Positions 19,799 to 29,286 of a stretch of 64,000 bases of DNA are shown here, piece by piece. The stretch spans positions 1,568,001 through 1,632,000 of the forward strand of contig OY776510.1 in NCBI GenBank assembly GCA_963675665.1, given 5' to 3'. The notes under the pieces were generated by a model. That model saw nothing but the letters and a program-made list of their open reading frames with translations. It was not told where the DNA came from and did no database searches. Each line of letters begins with the position of its first letter. Positions within the stretch are counted from its first letter, which is position 1. The translations under genes and the position numbers were made by a program. The stretch comes from Spirochaetia bacterium. GTDB lineage: Bacteria; Spirochaetota; Spirochaetia; UBA9216.

Positions 19799-20917
19799 AT
19801 GAAAAAGAAAATGATGTGTGTAGCTCTGTTGATCACCATTCTGGTGTTTAGTTCGGTCTTTGTTTTTGCCGGAGGTCAGCAGGAGCCGGTAAGCAAACCG
19901 GAAGCAGCGGCTTCAGGAGGAACTCAGGAGACAGTCAAGTATTATGATTCAAAATTCTGTCCCGCTTTAGGCAAAATTCCCGAGCCGAGCAAGCCTTATC
20001 GAATAGGCTGTTTGGTAAAAACCCTTATCAATGACTTCTGGATGGATTTTGAGAACGGCTACAATGATGCCGGAAAAGTGTATGATAAACTGCAGATAGA
20101 TGTTTACGGCGCTCCGAGTGAGACCGATCTGCTTGTTCAGAAGCAGATTCTTGATGATATGATAGCAAAGAAATATGATATACTTCTTGTCTCTCCACTT
20201 ACAGATACAAATCTTGTGGCCGCGCTAAAGACTGCAACTGACAGAGGCATTCCTATCATCAATGTATGTGATGCTTATATCAGTCCTGAAGCACAGGCTA
20301 AACATGGAATAGATATCGAATGTGTAATAGCTACTGATTTCAGGGAAAATGCAAGACTGGTTACCAGGTATATGGCCGAACTTATCGGTGATGACGGCGG
20401 TCAGATAATGCATATCATGGGATTGCCCGGCGGACGTGCTGCAGAATACAGAAAAGAAGGTTACCTCGAGGAAGTTGCCAAATACTCAAATCTGGAAAAT
20501 ATCGGTGTATGGTCCGGCGAATGGGAAAGAAAGAAAGGTATGGATATAGCTGCTGATGTTATACAGTCACATCCCAATCTGAGGGCAATTGTAGCTGCAA
20601 ATGATAATATGGCTCTGGGTGCTTATCAGGCTGTTAAAAATGCAGGAAAAACTGATCAGATTTATATCGGCGGAATCGATGCTGTACCAGATGGAATTGT
20701 TTCTGTTATAAACGGCGAAATGGTATGTACACTGCCTTTTATGCAGTATCAAATGGCTTATACCGGAATCGAGGTTGCTGTACAGATACTTGAAGGAGAA
20801 TTTGATCCTGCAAACGCAGAGATTTACGGATATCAGGAAGTTTGGCATCAGGGAAACATCGGTGACAAGGTCGACGAGTACAGGGCGCAGTTTACCGGTT
20901 TGAAAAATTTAAAGTAA
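19799..20917 (+). CDS. Sugar ABC substrate-binding protein, AlsB/RbsB-like
   Basis: MKKKMMC...VFAGGQQE signal; VKTLINDFW, GAPSETD, ANDNMALGA, GGIDA; start 19799 after GAGGAG. Confidence 0.88.
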   Translation: MKKKMMCVALLITILVFSSVFVFAGGQQEPVSKPEAAASGGTQETVKYYDSKFCPALGKIPEPSKPYRIGCLVKTLINDFWMDFENGYNDAGKVYDKLQIDVYGAPSETDLLVQKQILDDMIAKKYDILLVSPLTDTNLVAALKTATDRGIPIINVCDAYISPEAQAKHGIDIECVIATDFRENARLVTRYMAELIGDDGGQIMHIMGLPGGRAAEYRKEGYLEEVAKYSNLENIGVWSGEWERKKGMDIAADVIQSHPNLRAIVAANDNMALGAYQAVKNAGKTDQIYIGGIDAVPDGIVSVINGEMVCTLPFMQYQMAYTGIEVAVQILEGEFDPANAEIYGYQEVWHQGNIGDKVDEYRAQFTGLKNLK

Positions 20918-20954
20918 TTCTTTCAATGCACAACTAAATACGTGATAATAAAGT

Positions 20955-20991
20955 AAAGCGCGCTCCCTTACAGAAAGGGGAGCGCGCTTTT
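20955..20991 (+). terminator. Stem-loop after SBP gene
   Basis: AAAGCGCGCTCCC...GGGAGCGCGCTTTT. Confidence 0.75.
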
Positions 20992-21022
20992 GGAGAGTTG
21001 ATTAAAGGAAGGTTACTATTTC

Positions 21023-21970
21023 ATGAAGGGTAAATTTATTACGAATATTTTAAGGACGCATCTGGGCGTCCTGATTACATTACTTGTTTTATGGGTGTTT
21101 TTCAGTCTTGCATCACCATGGTTCTTTAATATAGATAATATGCTGAATATCCTTAACCATATGACAATTACCCTCATACTTGCTTTAGGTATGGTTTTTG
21201 TCATTGCATCAGGCGGGATCGATCTTTCTGTCGGATCGATTCTGGGTTTTACCGGAATTATTGTGGCTATATTTCTGAAGGCTGAAATGCCTGTTTTTAT
21301 AGCAGTAATATTGGGACTGCTTGTTGGTGCGGGCATCGGGGCTTTTACCGGTTTTCTTATCGCCCGGTTCCGGCTTCAGCCTTTTATTGTTACATTGGGA
21401 ATGTTAAGTATCGTAAGAGGGCTGGCTCTTGTTTTTTCCGGCGGATTGCCGGTTATTGGGTTTCCGTCCAACTTTACCCAGTTTTTTGCAGGTTCTGCAG
21501 GAATTCCTACAAATATCTATATAATGATATTTCTTGTCTTTGTTGTCTCAATCATTTCGGCAAAAACCAAATTTGGAGTATATACCCGAAGTATCGGCGG
21601 AAGTGAAAAAAGCGCTGTTCTTTGCGGGATTGATACTGCAAGGATAAAGATATTTATTTATATGATGCAGGGTATGCTTGCCGCAATTGCTGCTTTTGTC
21701 TATATGTCGATGATGGATGCAGCTGAACCGCTGGCCGGCTTGCAGACTGAATGGCTTGAAGCAATTGCTGCGCCCATTATCGGAGGCAACAGTTTATCGG
21801 GAGGTGTTCTGTCAGTTTTCGGAACGGTTGTAGGAGCGCTTATTCTTTCCACTGTCAGAAGCGGTTTAAATGTTATGGGCGTGCAGGCTTTTACGCAGCA
21901 GCTGGTGATAGGTTTGATTATAATAATTTCAGTTGTTATCGATTCCCTGCGCCATCGCAAAAGGCTGTAA
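21023..21970 (+). CDS. Sugar ABC permease (RbsC-like)
   Basis: GGIDLSVGS, QPFIVTLG, AIAAPIIGGNSLSGG. Confidence 0.92.
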   Translation: MKGKFITNILRTHLGVLITLLVLWVFFSLASPWFFNIDNMLNILNHMTITLILALGMVFVIASGGIDLSVGSILGFTGIIVAIFLKAEMPVFIAVILGLLVGAGIGAFTGFLIARFRLQPFIVTLGMLSIVRGLALVFSGGLPVIGFPSNFTQFFAGSAGIPTNIYIMIFLVFVVSIISAKTKFGVYTRSIGGSEKSAVLCGIDTARIKIFIYMMQGMLAAIAAFVYMSMMDAAEPLAGLQTEWLEAIAAPIIGGNSLSGGVLSVFGTVVGALILSTVRSGLNVMGVQAFTQQLVIGLIIIISVVIDSLRHRKRL

Positions 21971-21980
21971 GGGGGCGGCA

Positions 21981-23528
21981 GTGGATAATAAAGTTATAAT
22001 AGATATCAGGAATATAAAGAAAACTTACGGAGGCATTAAGGCTCTTAAGGGTGTTGATCTGAATTTAAAAGGCGGCGAGACACTTGGTCTGGTGGGTGAG
22101 AACGGAGCAGGCAAGTCTACTCTTATGAAGATCTTATGCGGAATTGAAAGTCCGGATTCGGGGGTAGGAGAAATAACATTTAACGGAACCGAAATCAGAA
22201 TGACAAGTCCCCATCAGGCCCAGGAACTCGGGATCGCTATGATTCCCCAGGAATTGATTCTTGTACCCCAGATGTCGGTAGTTGAAAATATTTTTCTGGG
22301 AAGGGAATATCTCGGAAAAAACCGGTTCCTGAAAAAGAAAGATATGATTAGCGCAACAAGAAAACTTTTGCGTGATCTTGAAAGCGAATATATTGATCCG
22401 GAAGCAACAGTTGAAAATATCCCGAAGGCTGATCAGCAGCTGGTTGCAATTGCCCGAAGACTTCATCAGGGCGGGAAAATTTTCATTATGGACGAACCTA
22501 CAGCTGCTTTTACCGAAAAGGAAACAAAAAATCTTTTTAAGGTTATAAGAGGGCTTTGTTCTTCAGGTTCCTCGGTTATTTTTATTTCTCATAGACTTGA
22601 AGAAGTTGTGGAGATTTGCGACAGAATTTCCATTCTGCGTGACGGCCAGATGATTACGACTCTTAACCGGGGGCCGGGTGTAGACAAAGCAGCTTTGATT
22701 TATCATATGGTAGGTTCTGAAATAAAAGATGAATTTCCGAAAGTTGAGGTTGAACGCGGCCGGGAAGTTTTCAGGGCCAATAATATTGCTTTTCACACAA
22801 ATCAGGGCAATCTGGTAGAAAATATCAACTTCTCTGTTCATGAAGGAGAAGTAGTTGGTATTACAGGACTGGTAGGCACCGGCAAAACCGAGTTGAGCCA
22901 GGCAATCTTCGGTTTGCGGCGAATTTTGGAGGGTGAACTTTTTGTTGAAAACAAACAAGTCCTTTTCAGAAATCCTATTGATGCGGCAAATGCCGGATTT
23001 GGCTATGTCAGTGAAGACAGACGGGGAGAAGGCCTGGTCCTGGAGATGCCGAGTCTTCATAACATGACAATAAACAGTCTTGAACGAATATCTAAAAACT
23101 TCGTCATTTCACCAAAAAAAGAGCTGGACCTGGGCGGTGAGTTTGCCGCCCGGCTTTCAATGAAAAGTGATTACCTCGATATGGAGGCCCGGCAGCTCAG
23201 CGGCGGCAATCAGCAGAAGGTTGTAATTGTCAGGCAGATTATACGTGATACAAAAATTATTATATTTGATGAGCCGACAAAAGGTATAGATGTGGCGGCA
23301 AAAAGAGAAGTAGCCCGGCTTATCGGCGAACTAAGTAAGGAGAAAAAAGCAATACTTCTGTTTTCTTCAGAACCACGTGAGGTTCTTGGAATCAGCGATA
23401 TCGTTTTTGTCCTGACAAAGGACGGTCTTGAGGGGCCGTTTTCAAGAGATTCCATCGACTATGAACAGTTGATGGCAATTGAATTCGGAAAAGATTCATC
23501 AAATGAAAAAGAGAGTTCAGAAAAATGA
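21981..23528 (+). CDS. Sugar ABC ATP-binding protein (two NBDs)
   Basis: GENGAGKST, MDEPT, LSGGNQQKV, DEPTKGIDV; GTG start at 21981 after GGGGG. Confidence 0.92.
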   Translation: MDNKVIIDIRNIKKTYGGIKALKGVDLNLKGGETLGLVGENGAGKSTLMKILCGIESPDSGVGEITFNGTEIRMTSPHQAQELGIAMIPQELILVPQMSVVENIFLGREYLGKNRFLKKKDMISATRKLLRDLESEYIDPEATVENIPKADQQLVAIARRLHQGGKIFIMDEPTAAFTEKETKNLFKVIRGLCSSGSSVIFISHRLEEVVEICDRISILRDGQMITTLNRGPGVDKAALIYHMVGSEIKDEFPKVEVERGREVFRANNIAFHTNQGNLVENINFSVHEGEVVGITGLVGTGKTELSQAIFGLRRILEGELFVENKQVLFRNPIDAANAGFGYVSEDRRGEGLVLEMPSLHNMTINSLERISKNFVISPKKELDLGGEFAARLSMKSDYLDMEARQLSGGNQQKVVIVRQIIRDTKIIIFDEPTKGIDVAAKREVARLIGELSKEKKAILLFSSEPREVLGISDIVFVLTKDGLEGPFSRDSIDYEQLMAIEFGKDSSNEKESSEK

Positions 23529-23562
23529 AAAAAGCTGTTTTCAACGAATGTCGGAGGCTTAT

Positions 23563-24525
23563 ATGGCTTTGAAAATAAGGAATAATCCATTCTTCAGAAA
23601 TTATATAGGAATAATCAGTGCAATAGTAATAATCGGAATCTTTCTTTCAATTGCATCTCCGTATTTTCTTAAGATAAGTAATTTTGTAAATATAGGTAAC
23701 CAGATAGCCCTTAATCTGATTATTGCAGTAGGAATGACAATAGTAATAACAACCGGCGGTATAGATTTGTCTGTCGGTGCCAATGTTGCTCTTACCGGAA
23801 TTGTGGTTGCGTTATTCTATTATGCGGCAGGCGGAGGTCCGGCGGCGCTGATTTTAGGGCTGGTTGTCGGGCTTGCAACAGGAGCCGGTATAGGTGTTTT
23901 TAACGGTCTGCTTGTTACAGTTCTGAATGTTCCTCCTTTTATTACAACGCTGGGAGGAATGGTTGCTTTTCGAGGTCTGGCTTTAGTATTATCGAACGGC
24001 AGGGTTCTTTACGGTTTGCCGGAAAGTTTTCAGTCTGTTTTCGGCGGATTTATATTCAATACCATACCCAAGTCCATTGTTATTGCGGTTGTTATCTCCG
24101 TTATAGGTGTGTTTATCTTAAACAAAACAAATCTCGGGCGTTATGCGAAGGCGTTGGGCGGTAATGAGCAATGCCTTCGGGTGTGCGGGATTAATATTAA
24201 TAAGATAAAAATGGGCGTATATATAATAAGCGGAGTGACCGCCGCAATAAGCAGTCTCGCGCTTACCAGTATGATGAATGCTGCAGAACCCAATGCAGGT
24301 AACTTTTATGAACTGGATGCCATAGCTGTTGTTGTTATGGGTGGTACCAGTCTGATGGGAGGGAAAGGAACAGTTGTCGGTACCATCCTGGGGGCCTTGC
24401 TTTTGGGTATTGTCCGGAATGGGTTGAATATAATGAAAGTGCCTCCCAATTTTCACCAGCTGATTGTCGGTATAATAATTCTCGGGGCAGTTATTCTCGG
24501 AAGCAAGCAAAATGATGCCGCCTGA
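23563..24525 (+). CDS. Sugar ABC permease (RbsC-like)
   Basis: GGIDLSVGA, PPFITTLG, YELDAIAVVVMGGTSLMGGKG; start 23563 after GGAGG. Confidence 0.92.
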   Translation: MALKIRNNPFFRNYIGIISAIVIIGIFLSIASPYFLKISNFVNIGNQIALNLIIAVGMTIVITTGGIDLSVGANVALTGIVVALFYYAAGGGPAALILGLVVGLATGAGIGVFNGLLVTVLNVPPFITTLGGMVAFRGLALVLSNGRVLYGLPESFQSVFGGFIFNTIPKSIVIAVVISVIGVFILNKTNLGRYAKALGGNEQCLRVCGININKIKMGVYIISGVTAAISSLALTSMMNAAEPNAGNFYELDAIAVVVMGGTSLMGGKGTVVGTILGALLLGIVRNGLNIMKVPPNFHQLIVGIIILGAVILGSKQNDAA

Positions 24526-24539
24526 TATGGAGAAGTTAA

Positions 24540-25622
24540 ATGAACAAAGATATTGTTATTAATCTTGAAAAGAGTTTTTTTACCGATAAGGAAAAAAATC
24601 TTATTGAAAACGGAAGTCTTGAGGCATCAATTTTTACCTATAAAAGCGGAATTCATGCTGTAAGGCTTAAAAATTCTTACGGCTATCTGGTTATTCTGCC
24701 GTACAAGGGGCAGCAAATATGGGATGCAGTATTCAACAATAGAAGCATGAAGATGCATACGGTGAGAAAAGAGCCTGTCGAAACAGATTTCTTCCTGAAT
24801 TCCTACAGTTGTCTTATGATGCACTGCGGGGCTCTCAGGATGGGATGTCCCGGTGAAAAGGATACTCATCCGCTTCATGGTGAATTGCCTTATGCAGATT
24901 ATTCAAGCGCCCAGATTATTACTGGAAAAGATGAAACAGGATCCTATATCGGGGTTACCGGAATTTATGAACATATACATACTTTTGCACCCAGTTATTA
25001 TGCAAGGCCCTGTGTGAAGTTTTATGAGAACAGCGGGATTTTTGATATTTCCATAGAAATTACCAATTTGCTTCATTATCCGATGGAGTTAATGTATATG
25101 TGTCATATCAATTTTAAATCGAATCAAAAGAGTTCAATCTTCCAAAGCGTCGGATGGTCGGAAAAGGACATGGTCCTGAGCATTGAACATCTGCATGAGC
25201 AGGACAAATTATCCGATGAGAAAAAGAATCTTCTTGACGCCATAAAAAAGAATCCTAAACTCACCCAAACTGTTACAAAAGATGATGTTTATGATCCCGA
25301 GATCAATTATTTCTTTAAAAACATTAAGCCGGATAAAAACGGAGAGATTCATTTTCTGCAGGTCCTTGACGACGGAACAGGTAATTATGTCGGTTATAAA
25401 CCGGATTTGCTGGATCATGCTGTACGGTGGATTTGGAAAAATGAGGATTATGATGTAATGGGAATGGTCCTTCCGTCAACATGCGAACCTGAAGGGTACC
25501 TGAGGGAAAAGGAAAAGGGTTCGATAAAGGAGATTCCCGGCAAGGGTTCGGTTGTTCTTTCTGTAAAATGCGGATATCTTAATTTAAAGGAAACGGGAGA
25601 GATGAAAAAGAATCTATGCTGA
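24540..25622 (+). CDS. DUF4432 / aldose 1-epimerase-fold protein, DeoM (deoxyribose mutarotase)-like
   Basis: FTYKSGI..VRLKNS.G..VILPYKGQQIWDA.F, HCG...GCP...DTHPLHGE, YMCHINF, LPSTCEPEGY. Confidence 0.78.
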   Translation: MNKDIVINLEKSFFTDKEKNLIENGSLEASIFTYKSGIHAVRLKNSYGYLVILPYKGQQIWDAVFNNRSMKMHTVRKEPVETDFFLNSYSCLMMHCGALRMGCPGEKDTHPLHGELPYADYSSAQIITGKDETGSYIGVTGIYEHIHTFAPSYYARPCVKFYENSGIFDISIEITNLLHYPMELMYMCHINFKSNQKSSIFQSVGWSEKDMVLSIEHLHEQDKLSDEKKNLLDAIKKNPKLTQTVTKDDVYDPEINYFFKNIKPDKNGEIHFLQVLDDGTGNYVGYKPDLLDHAVRWIWKNEDYDVMGMVLPSTCEPEGYLREKEKGSIKEIPGKGSVVLSVKCGYLNLKETGEMKKNLC

Positions 25623-26737
25623 CGCTGGAGATGTGCCGTAAAAGACGTTCCCGGCTATGGGCGCGTGTTCCGGATACAATCGAATGGATTGTTCTGGGAA
25701 ACCCCAAGCATATATATTACATGTGCGGGTTTTTGATAAACCCTGTCAGTTTTTCCGCCGGTGAGAAAGTGTTCCTGATTCTGGAAAGGTCCGAAAAAGC
25801 AATTCTGGTTGCGGATGATTTTGCCTTATCTTCTTCAGAAGCAGAATATTATGTTGATGATGTTGTTGAAGCGGGATGGTATGACAAAATTCATTCCGTC
25901 CGAAACAGGACCCGTTCGGTTGTAAAGGCTCTGGTAAACACATTATGTAAGTATCCAAAGGAAAACGGCTGTTCCGAATCGGAATGGGTTCCTTCAGGGC
26001 TTGGGCTGGAAAAAAATGAAGAGGTTTTGATTTCAGATATTATCCTTTCCCTGAGACGTAAAAAAGAACCTGATGAGATTGCGATTTTAAAAAAGATCGC
26101 GAAGGCGTCGGATGCCGGTCATGCCCGTGCTTTTGAAATAATCAGGCCGGGAATAACCGAAATGGAAGTCTATAGGGAAATTTCAGAAGCTGTTTTAAAA
26201 TCGCTTGGGCAACCGGCAATTATTTACGGTGATTTTCGTTTTGTAAACGCCCAAATGCCGTTGTGCGGGGGCACTCCGACCGGATACAGCTGCAAGCCGG
26301 GTGACCTTTTTATTCTGGATTATTCTGTTGCTTTTCTCGGATATAGAACGGATTGCACCAATACCATAAGCGTCGGGAAAGTTACGGAAGAGCAGCAGAA
26401 ACTTTTTGACCTAAGTTTAAATGCGATTAAAAAAACAGAACCGCTGCTGGTTCCGGATCGGCCTGCTTCTGAGGTTTTTTCGTTTATGTATCAGATATTT
26501 AAAGAGAATAACCATGAAACTGATTTCGGGCGGCATGCAGGTCATGGCCTTGGGCTGTCTCATCCCGAGGCTCCGTGTTTCGGTCCTGAAAGTGATGAGG
26601 TTCTGATTGAAGGAGACGTTGTTACTCTGGAGCCGGGGATATACATGAAAGGAACAGGAGGTGTGCGTCTGGAGCGAAACTATCTTATTACCGGAGATGG
26701 TCCGGAATTACTGACCCGGCATCGATTGTCACTATAA
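25616..26737 (+). CDS. M24 (pita-bread fold) Xaa-Pro peptidase-family protein with intact metal ligands
   Basis: LRRKKEPDEI; LDYS...GYRTDCTNT (two Asp), HAGHGLGLSHPE (His), TLEPGIY (Glu), VRLE (Glu). Confidence 0.88.
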   Translation: MLTLEMCRKRRSRLWARVPDTIEWIVLGNPKHIYYMCGFLINPVSFSAGEKVFLILERSEKAILVADDFALSSSEAEYYVDDVVEAGWYDKIHSVRNRTRSVVKALVNTLCKYPKENGCSESEWVPSGLGLEKNEEVLISDIILSLRRKKEPDEIAILKKIAKASDAGHARAFEIIRPGITEMEVYREISEAVLKSLGQPAIIYGDFRFVNAQMPLCGGTPTGYSCKPGDLFILDYSVAFLGYRTDCTNTISVGKVTEEQQKLFDLSLNAIKKTEPLLVPDRPASEVFSFMYQIFKENNHETDFGRHAGHGLGLSHPEAPCFGPESDEVLIEGDVVTLEPGIYMKGTGGVRLERNYLITGDGPELLTRHRLSL

Positions 26738-26762
26738 GTATTATCATTTTAATAATTTTTTC

Positions 26763-26805
26763 TTGACGTATCTGCGGATTGCTTGTATAGTAGTTGTACG
26801 TACAA
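26763..26805 (+). promoter_or_regulatory. sigma70 promoter with AraR-type operator (box 3)
   Basis: TTGACG(26763-68)-17-TATAGT(26786-91)-AG-TTGTACGTACAA(26794-805); same geometry as box 1. Confidence 0.85.
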
Positions 26806-27021
26806 GAGGTTGTATAAATTACCTCAAATTGCGGTGTTATTTAATTGGATCTATAGACAGAAATACCTGGTGATAAACTGCCTGATTTTTAGGGCTTTAT
26901 TGGTGATAATGACCAACGATTCTTTAATGGAATTCCCTGGACAGGCCGGATATTCTTGGATTATCTGTATTTATAGGCAATATTATGAACTCTTCATTTT
27001 AAAAATTGTTTTTTTATTATT
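26806..27021 (+). pseudogene. Possible highly eroded remnant of a second AraR-like gene
   Basis: Occupies the slot that araR fills between boxes 1 and 2; out-of-frame fragments EIPGDKLP(26860-83), VIMT, FNGI, QAGYS are collinear with AraR motifs; matches are short. Confidence 0.3.
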
Positions 27022-27022
27022 A

Positions 27023-27048
27023 CTTGTACGTACAAGAAGCTTACAAGT
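27023..27048. promoter_or_regulatory. AraR-type operator (box 4) plus extra half-site
   Basis: CTTGTACGTACAAG(27023-36), TACAAGT at 27042; same spacing as box 2. Confidence 0.85.
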
Positions 27049-27122
27049 AGTTTTGTGGCATTATACGGTTTGCAAGCAGGGCTTGCCGGCCGTAAAAAAT
27101 AAAATAGCAAAAGGAGAGCTAA

Positions 27123-28259
27123 ATGAAAAAGAAATTGATGTGCATAGCACTGGTTGTAATGCTGGTACTTGGAGCAACGGTTGTATTTGCCGGAGGGCAG
27201 CAGGAATCAGGAGCAGCAGCAGACGATACGGTAAAAATAGGCGTATCGATCTGGGGTTACACGGACGCTTTGGGAACAAAGGTGTACAATTTTCTTAATT
27301 ATGCAGCAGACGCGCTTGATGCGGAAGTTGAGTTTGTAGCGACCGGTTTTGATACCGAGCAAACAGTAGCGAGTATAGAAAACCTGGTAGCGAGTGGGTG
27401 TGATGCGATAATCGTATGTAACTCGTCCGACGGTGTAATGCCGAAACTTATCAAGATCTGTGATGACAATGGAGTATACCTTGCACAGTTCTTCAGAAAG
27501 ATAGCTGATCCTGAAGTATTGAAGATAGCGGAAAGCTCAAAATACTACATTGGAACGACCCACGAAGATGAAATCAGCACCGGCTATAATCTTGGAAAAG
27601 CGCTTGCGGAGAAGGGCGTAAAAACCACAGCAATTATCAGTTGGAACCACGGCGATGCAACAGCAGAAGACAGGTATACAGGATATAAGAAGGCCTTTGC
27701 TGAAAGCGGAATAAAGATTCTTGCAGAGCAGTGGGAAATCATGGTAGCCGAAGAATCCGCAAAGGCAGCGGAAAGCTTCATGGCAGCCTATCCTAACCTC
27801 GAGAGTATTGTAGTAACCGGCGGAAGCGGCGAACCTCTGGCAGGAGCGGTAAGCGCAGTTGAAAACAGGGGAATGACCGGCAAGGTGCAGATAGTATCAA
27901 CCGATTTTATACCGACCTTGAGAGAAGACCTTGCGAGCGGAAGGATCTCTGCCATGTCAGGCGGCCACTGGACCGACCCGTTCTTCTCGTTCATGCTTGC
28001 CTATAACACGGTAGTCGGCGGATATGATGCGGACGGCTGGGAAGAGCTTCTTATGGACATGGTATATGTAAGCTCAGCGGAAGACTACGACAACTATGAC
28101 AAGTGGTTTAACGGTGATGTGCCTCCGTACACAACAGAAGAGATCCAGAACCTGGCTTATACCTTCAACAAGAACCATACAATTGGTGATCTGAAAGCGG
28201 CGGCGGCAGCTATCTCGCTTGAAGATGTAATGAAACGCCATGCAGGAATGATTAAATAG
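27123..28259 (+). CDS. Sugar ABC substrate-binding protein (periplasmic binding fold type I)
   Basis: MKKKLMC...VFAGGQQE signal; IENLVASGCDAII, EDRYTG, VSTDF, MSGGHW; AGGAG RBS. Confidence 0.85.
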   Translation: MKKKLMCIALVVMLVLGATVVFAGGQQESGAAADDTVKIGVSIWGYTDALGTKVYNFLNYAADALDAEVEFVATGFDTEQTVASIENLVASGCDAIIVCNSSDGVMPKLIKICDDNGVYLAQFFRKIADPEVLKIAESSKYYIGTTHEDEISTGYNLGKALAEKGVKTTAIISWNHGDATAEDRYTGYKKAFAESGIKILAEQWEIMVAEESAKAAESFMAAYPNLESIVVTGGSGEPLAGAVSAVENRGMTGKVQIVSTDFIPTLREDLASGRISAMSGGHWTDPFFSFMLAYNTVVGGYDADGWEELLMDMVYVSSAEDYDNYDKWFNGDVPPYTTEEIQNLAYTFNKNHTIGDLKAAAAAISLEDVMKRHAGMIK

Positions 28260-28272
28260 AACAAAAGAATTT

Positions 28273-28306
28273 GCGGCGGTCTTTTGCGAAAGCAACGGAC
28301 CGCCGT
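28273..28306 (+). terminator. Stem-loop after SBP gene
   Basis: GCGGCGGTC..TTGC-GAAA-GCAA..GACCGCCGT; weak U-tract, may be a stabilising hairpin. Confidence 0.55.
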
Positions 28307-28336
28307 TGTCAAATAAGGAAACGGGAAAGCTGACAG

Positions 28337-29260
28337 ATGAAAGAGCTTAAATATATTTTGTTACTTATATGTGTGCCGTTGGCGGTATACATAGTCTTCT
28401 CGATAATGCAGCCGGAAAACTTCGGCAGCTTGAACAGCATACTGATGCTGATACAGCAGTGTCTGCTGCCGTCTCTGGCGGCCTTCGGTTTTTACTTCAT
28501 TATAACGATGGGTCTTTTTGATTTCAGCATAGGCGCGAATATAGTATTGAGCGGAATATTCGGAGTAATGCTGTCGCGATCGATGGGGTATGCCGGGTTG
28601 ATACTGGGAAGTCTTGTATGCAGCGCGGCGATAGGGTTTCTCAACGGAATAATCTATACGCGGCTTAGAATCCCCTCGATAATAGTGACCGTCGGTCTTT
28701 TGATGATCTATGAGTGTTTCGGAAAATTCTTAAGCAGCGAAAGCGTATTGTCGCTGGATAAGAGCTACCGGATGTTAGGCAGCGCGCCGCAGAACATAAT
28801 AGTAAGCGCGGCGGCGATGTTTGTAGCGATATTCCTGCTAAAATATTCAAGAATAGGAACATATATCAGGGCGATAGGCAACAATGAGAATATCGCGAGG
28901 AATATGGGAATAAAGGTGGACAGGTACAAGGTGATCGGGTTTTTGATCTGCGGACTGTTTGCCGGAATAACGGCGATATTGACCGTCAGTTACAGCTCGT
29001 CGGTAGCGGCGCAGCTGCGTATGAGCAGTATGGACAGGAACTTCACGCCGATAATGGGCTGTTTTGTAGGCCTGGCGCTTAAGAAATATATAAACCCGAT
29101 AATAGCGATATTTATCGGAGAGTTTACGATTTCACTGCTGATAAACGGACTTATGACGAACGGAATAGATTCGACGCTGCAGAAGGTAATAACCGGCTCA
29201 TTTTTGCTGATAATAGTGAGTTTTACGTCATATAAAAACAAAGCCCGGGTTGTTAAATAG
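28337..29260 (+). CDS. Sugar ABC permease
   Basis: GLFDFSIGA, IPSIIVTVG, RAIGNNENIA; multiple TM segments. Confidence 0.88.
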   Translation: MKELKYILLLICVPLAVYIVFSIMQPENFGSLNSILMLIQQCLLPSLAAFGFYFIITMGLFDFSIGANIVLSGIFGVMLSRSMGYAGLILGSLVCSAAIGFLNGIIYTRLRIPSIIVTVGLLMIYECFGKFLSSESVLSLDKSYRMLGSAPQNIIVSAAAMFVAIFLLKYSRIGTYIRAIGNNENIARNMGIKVDRYKVIGFLICGLFAGITAILTVSYSSSVAAQLRMSSMDRNFTPIMGCFVGLALKKYINPIIAIFIGEFTISLLINGLMTNGIDSTLQKVITGSFLLIIVSFTSYKNKARVVK

Positions 29261-29286
29261 GTATCGGAGCGGAAGGAATTGCAGGA

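Noticed and set aside
26783-27298. 171-aa ORF-track call spanning the AraR boxes
   Set aside because: Starts inside the promoter, runs through both operators and overlaps the SBP gene out of frame; treated as non-coding or remnant
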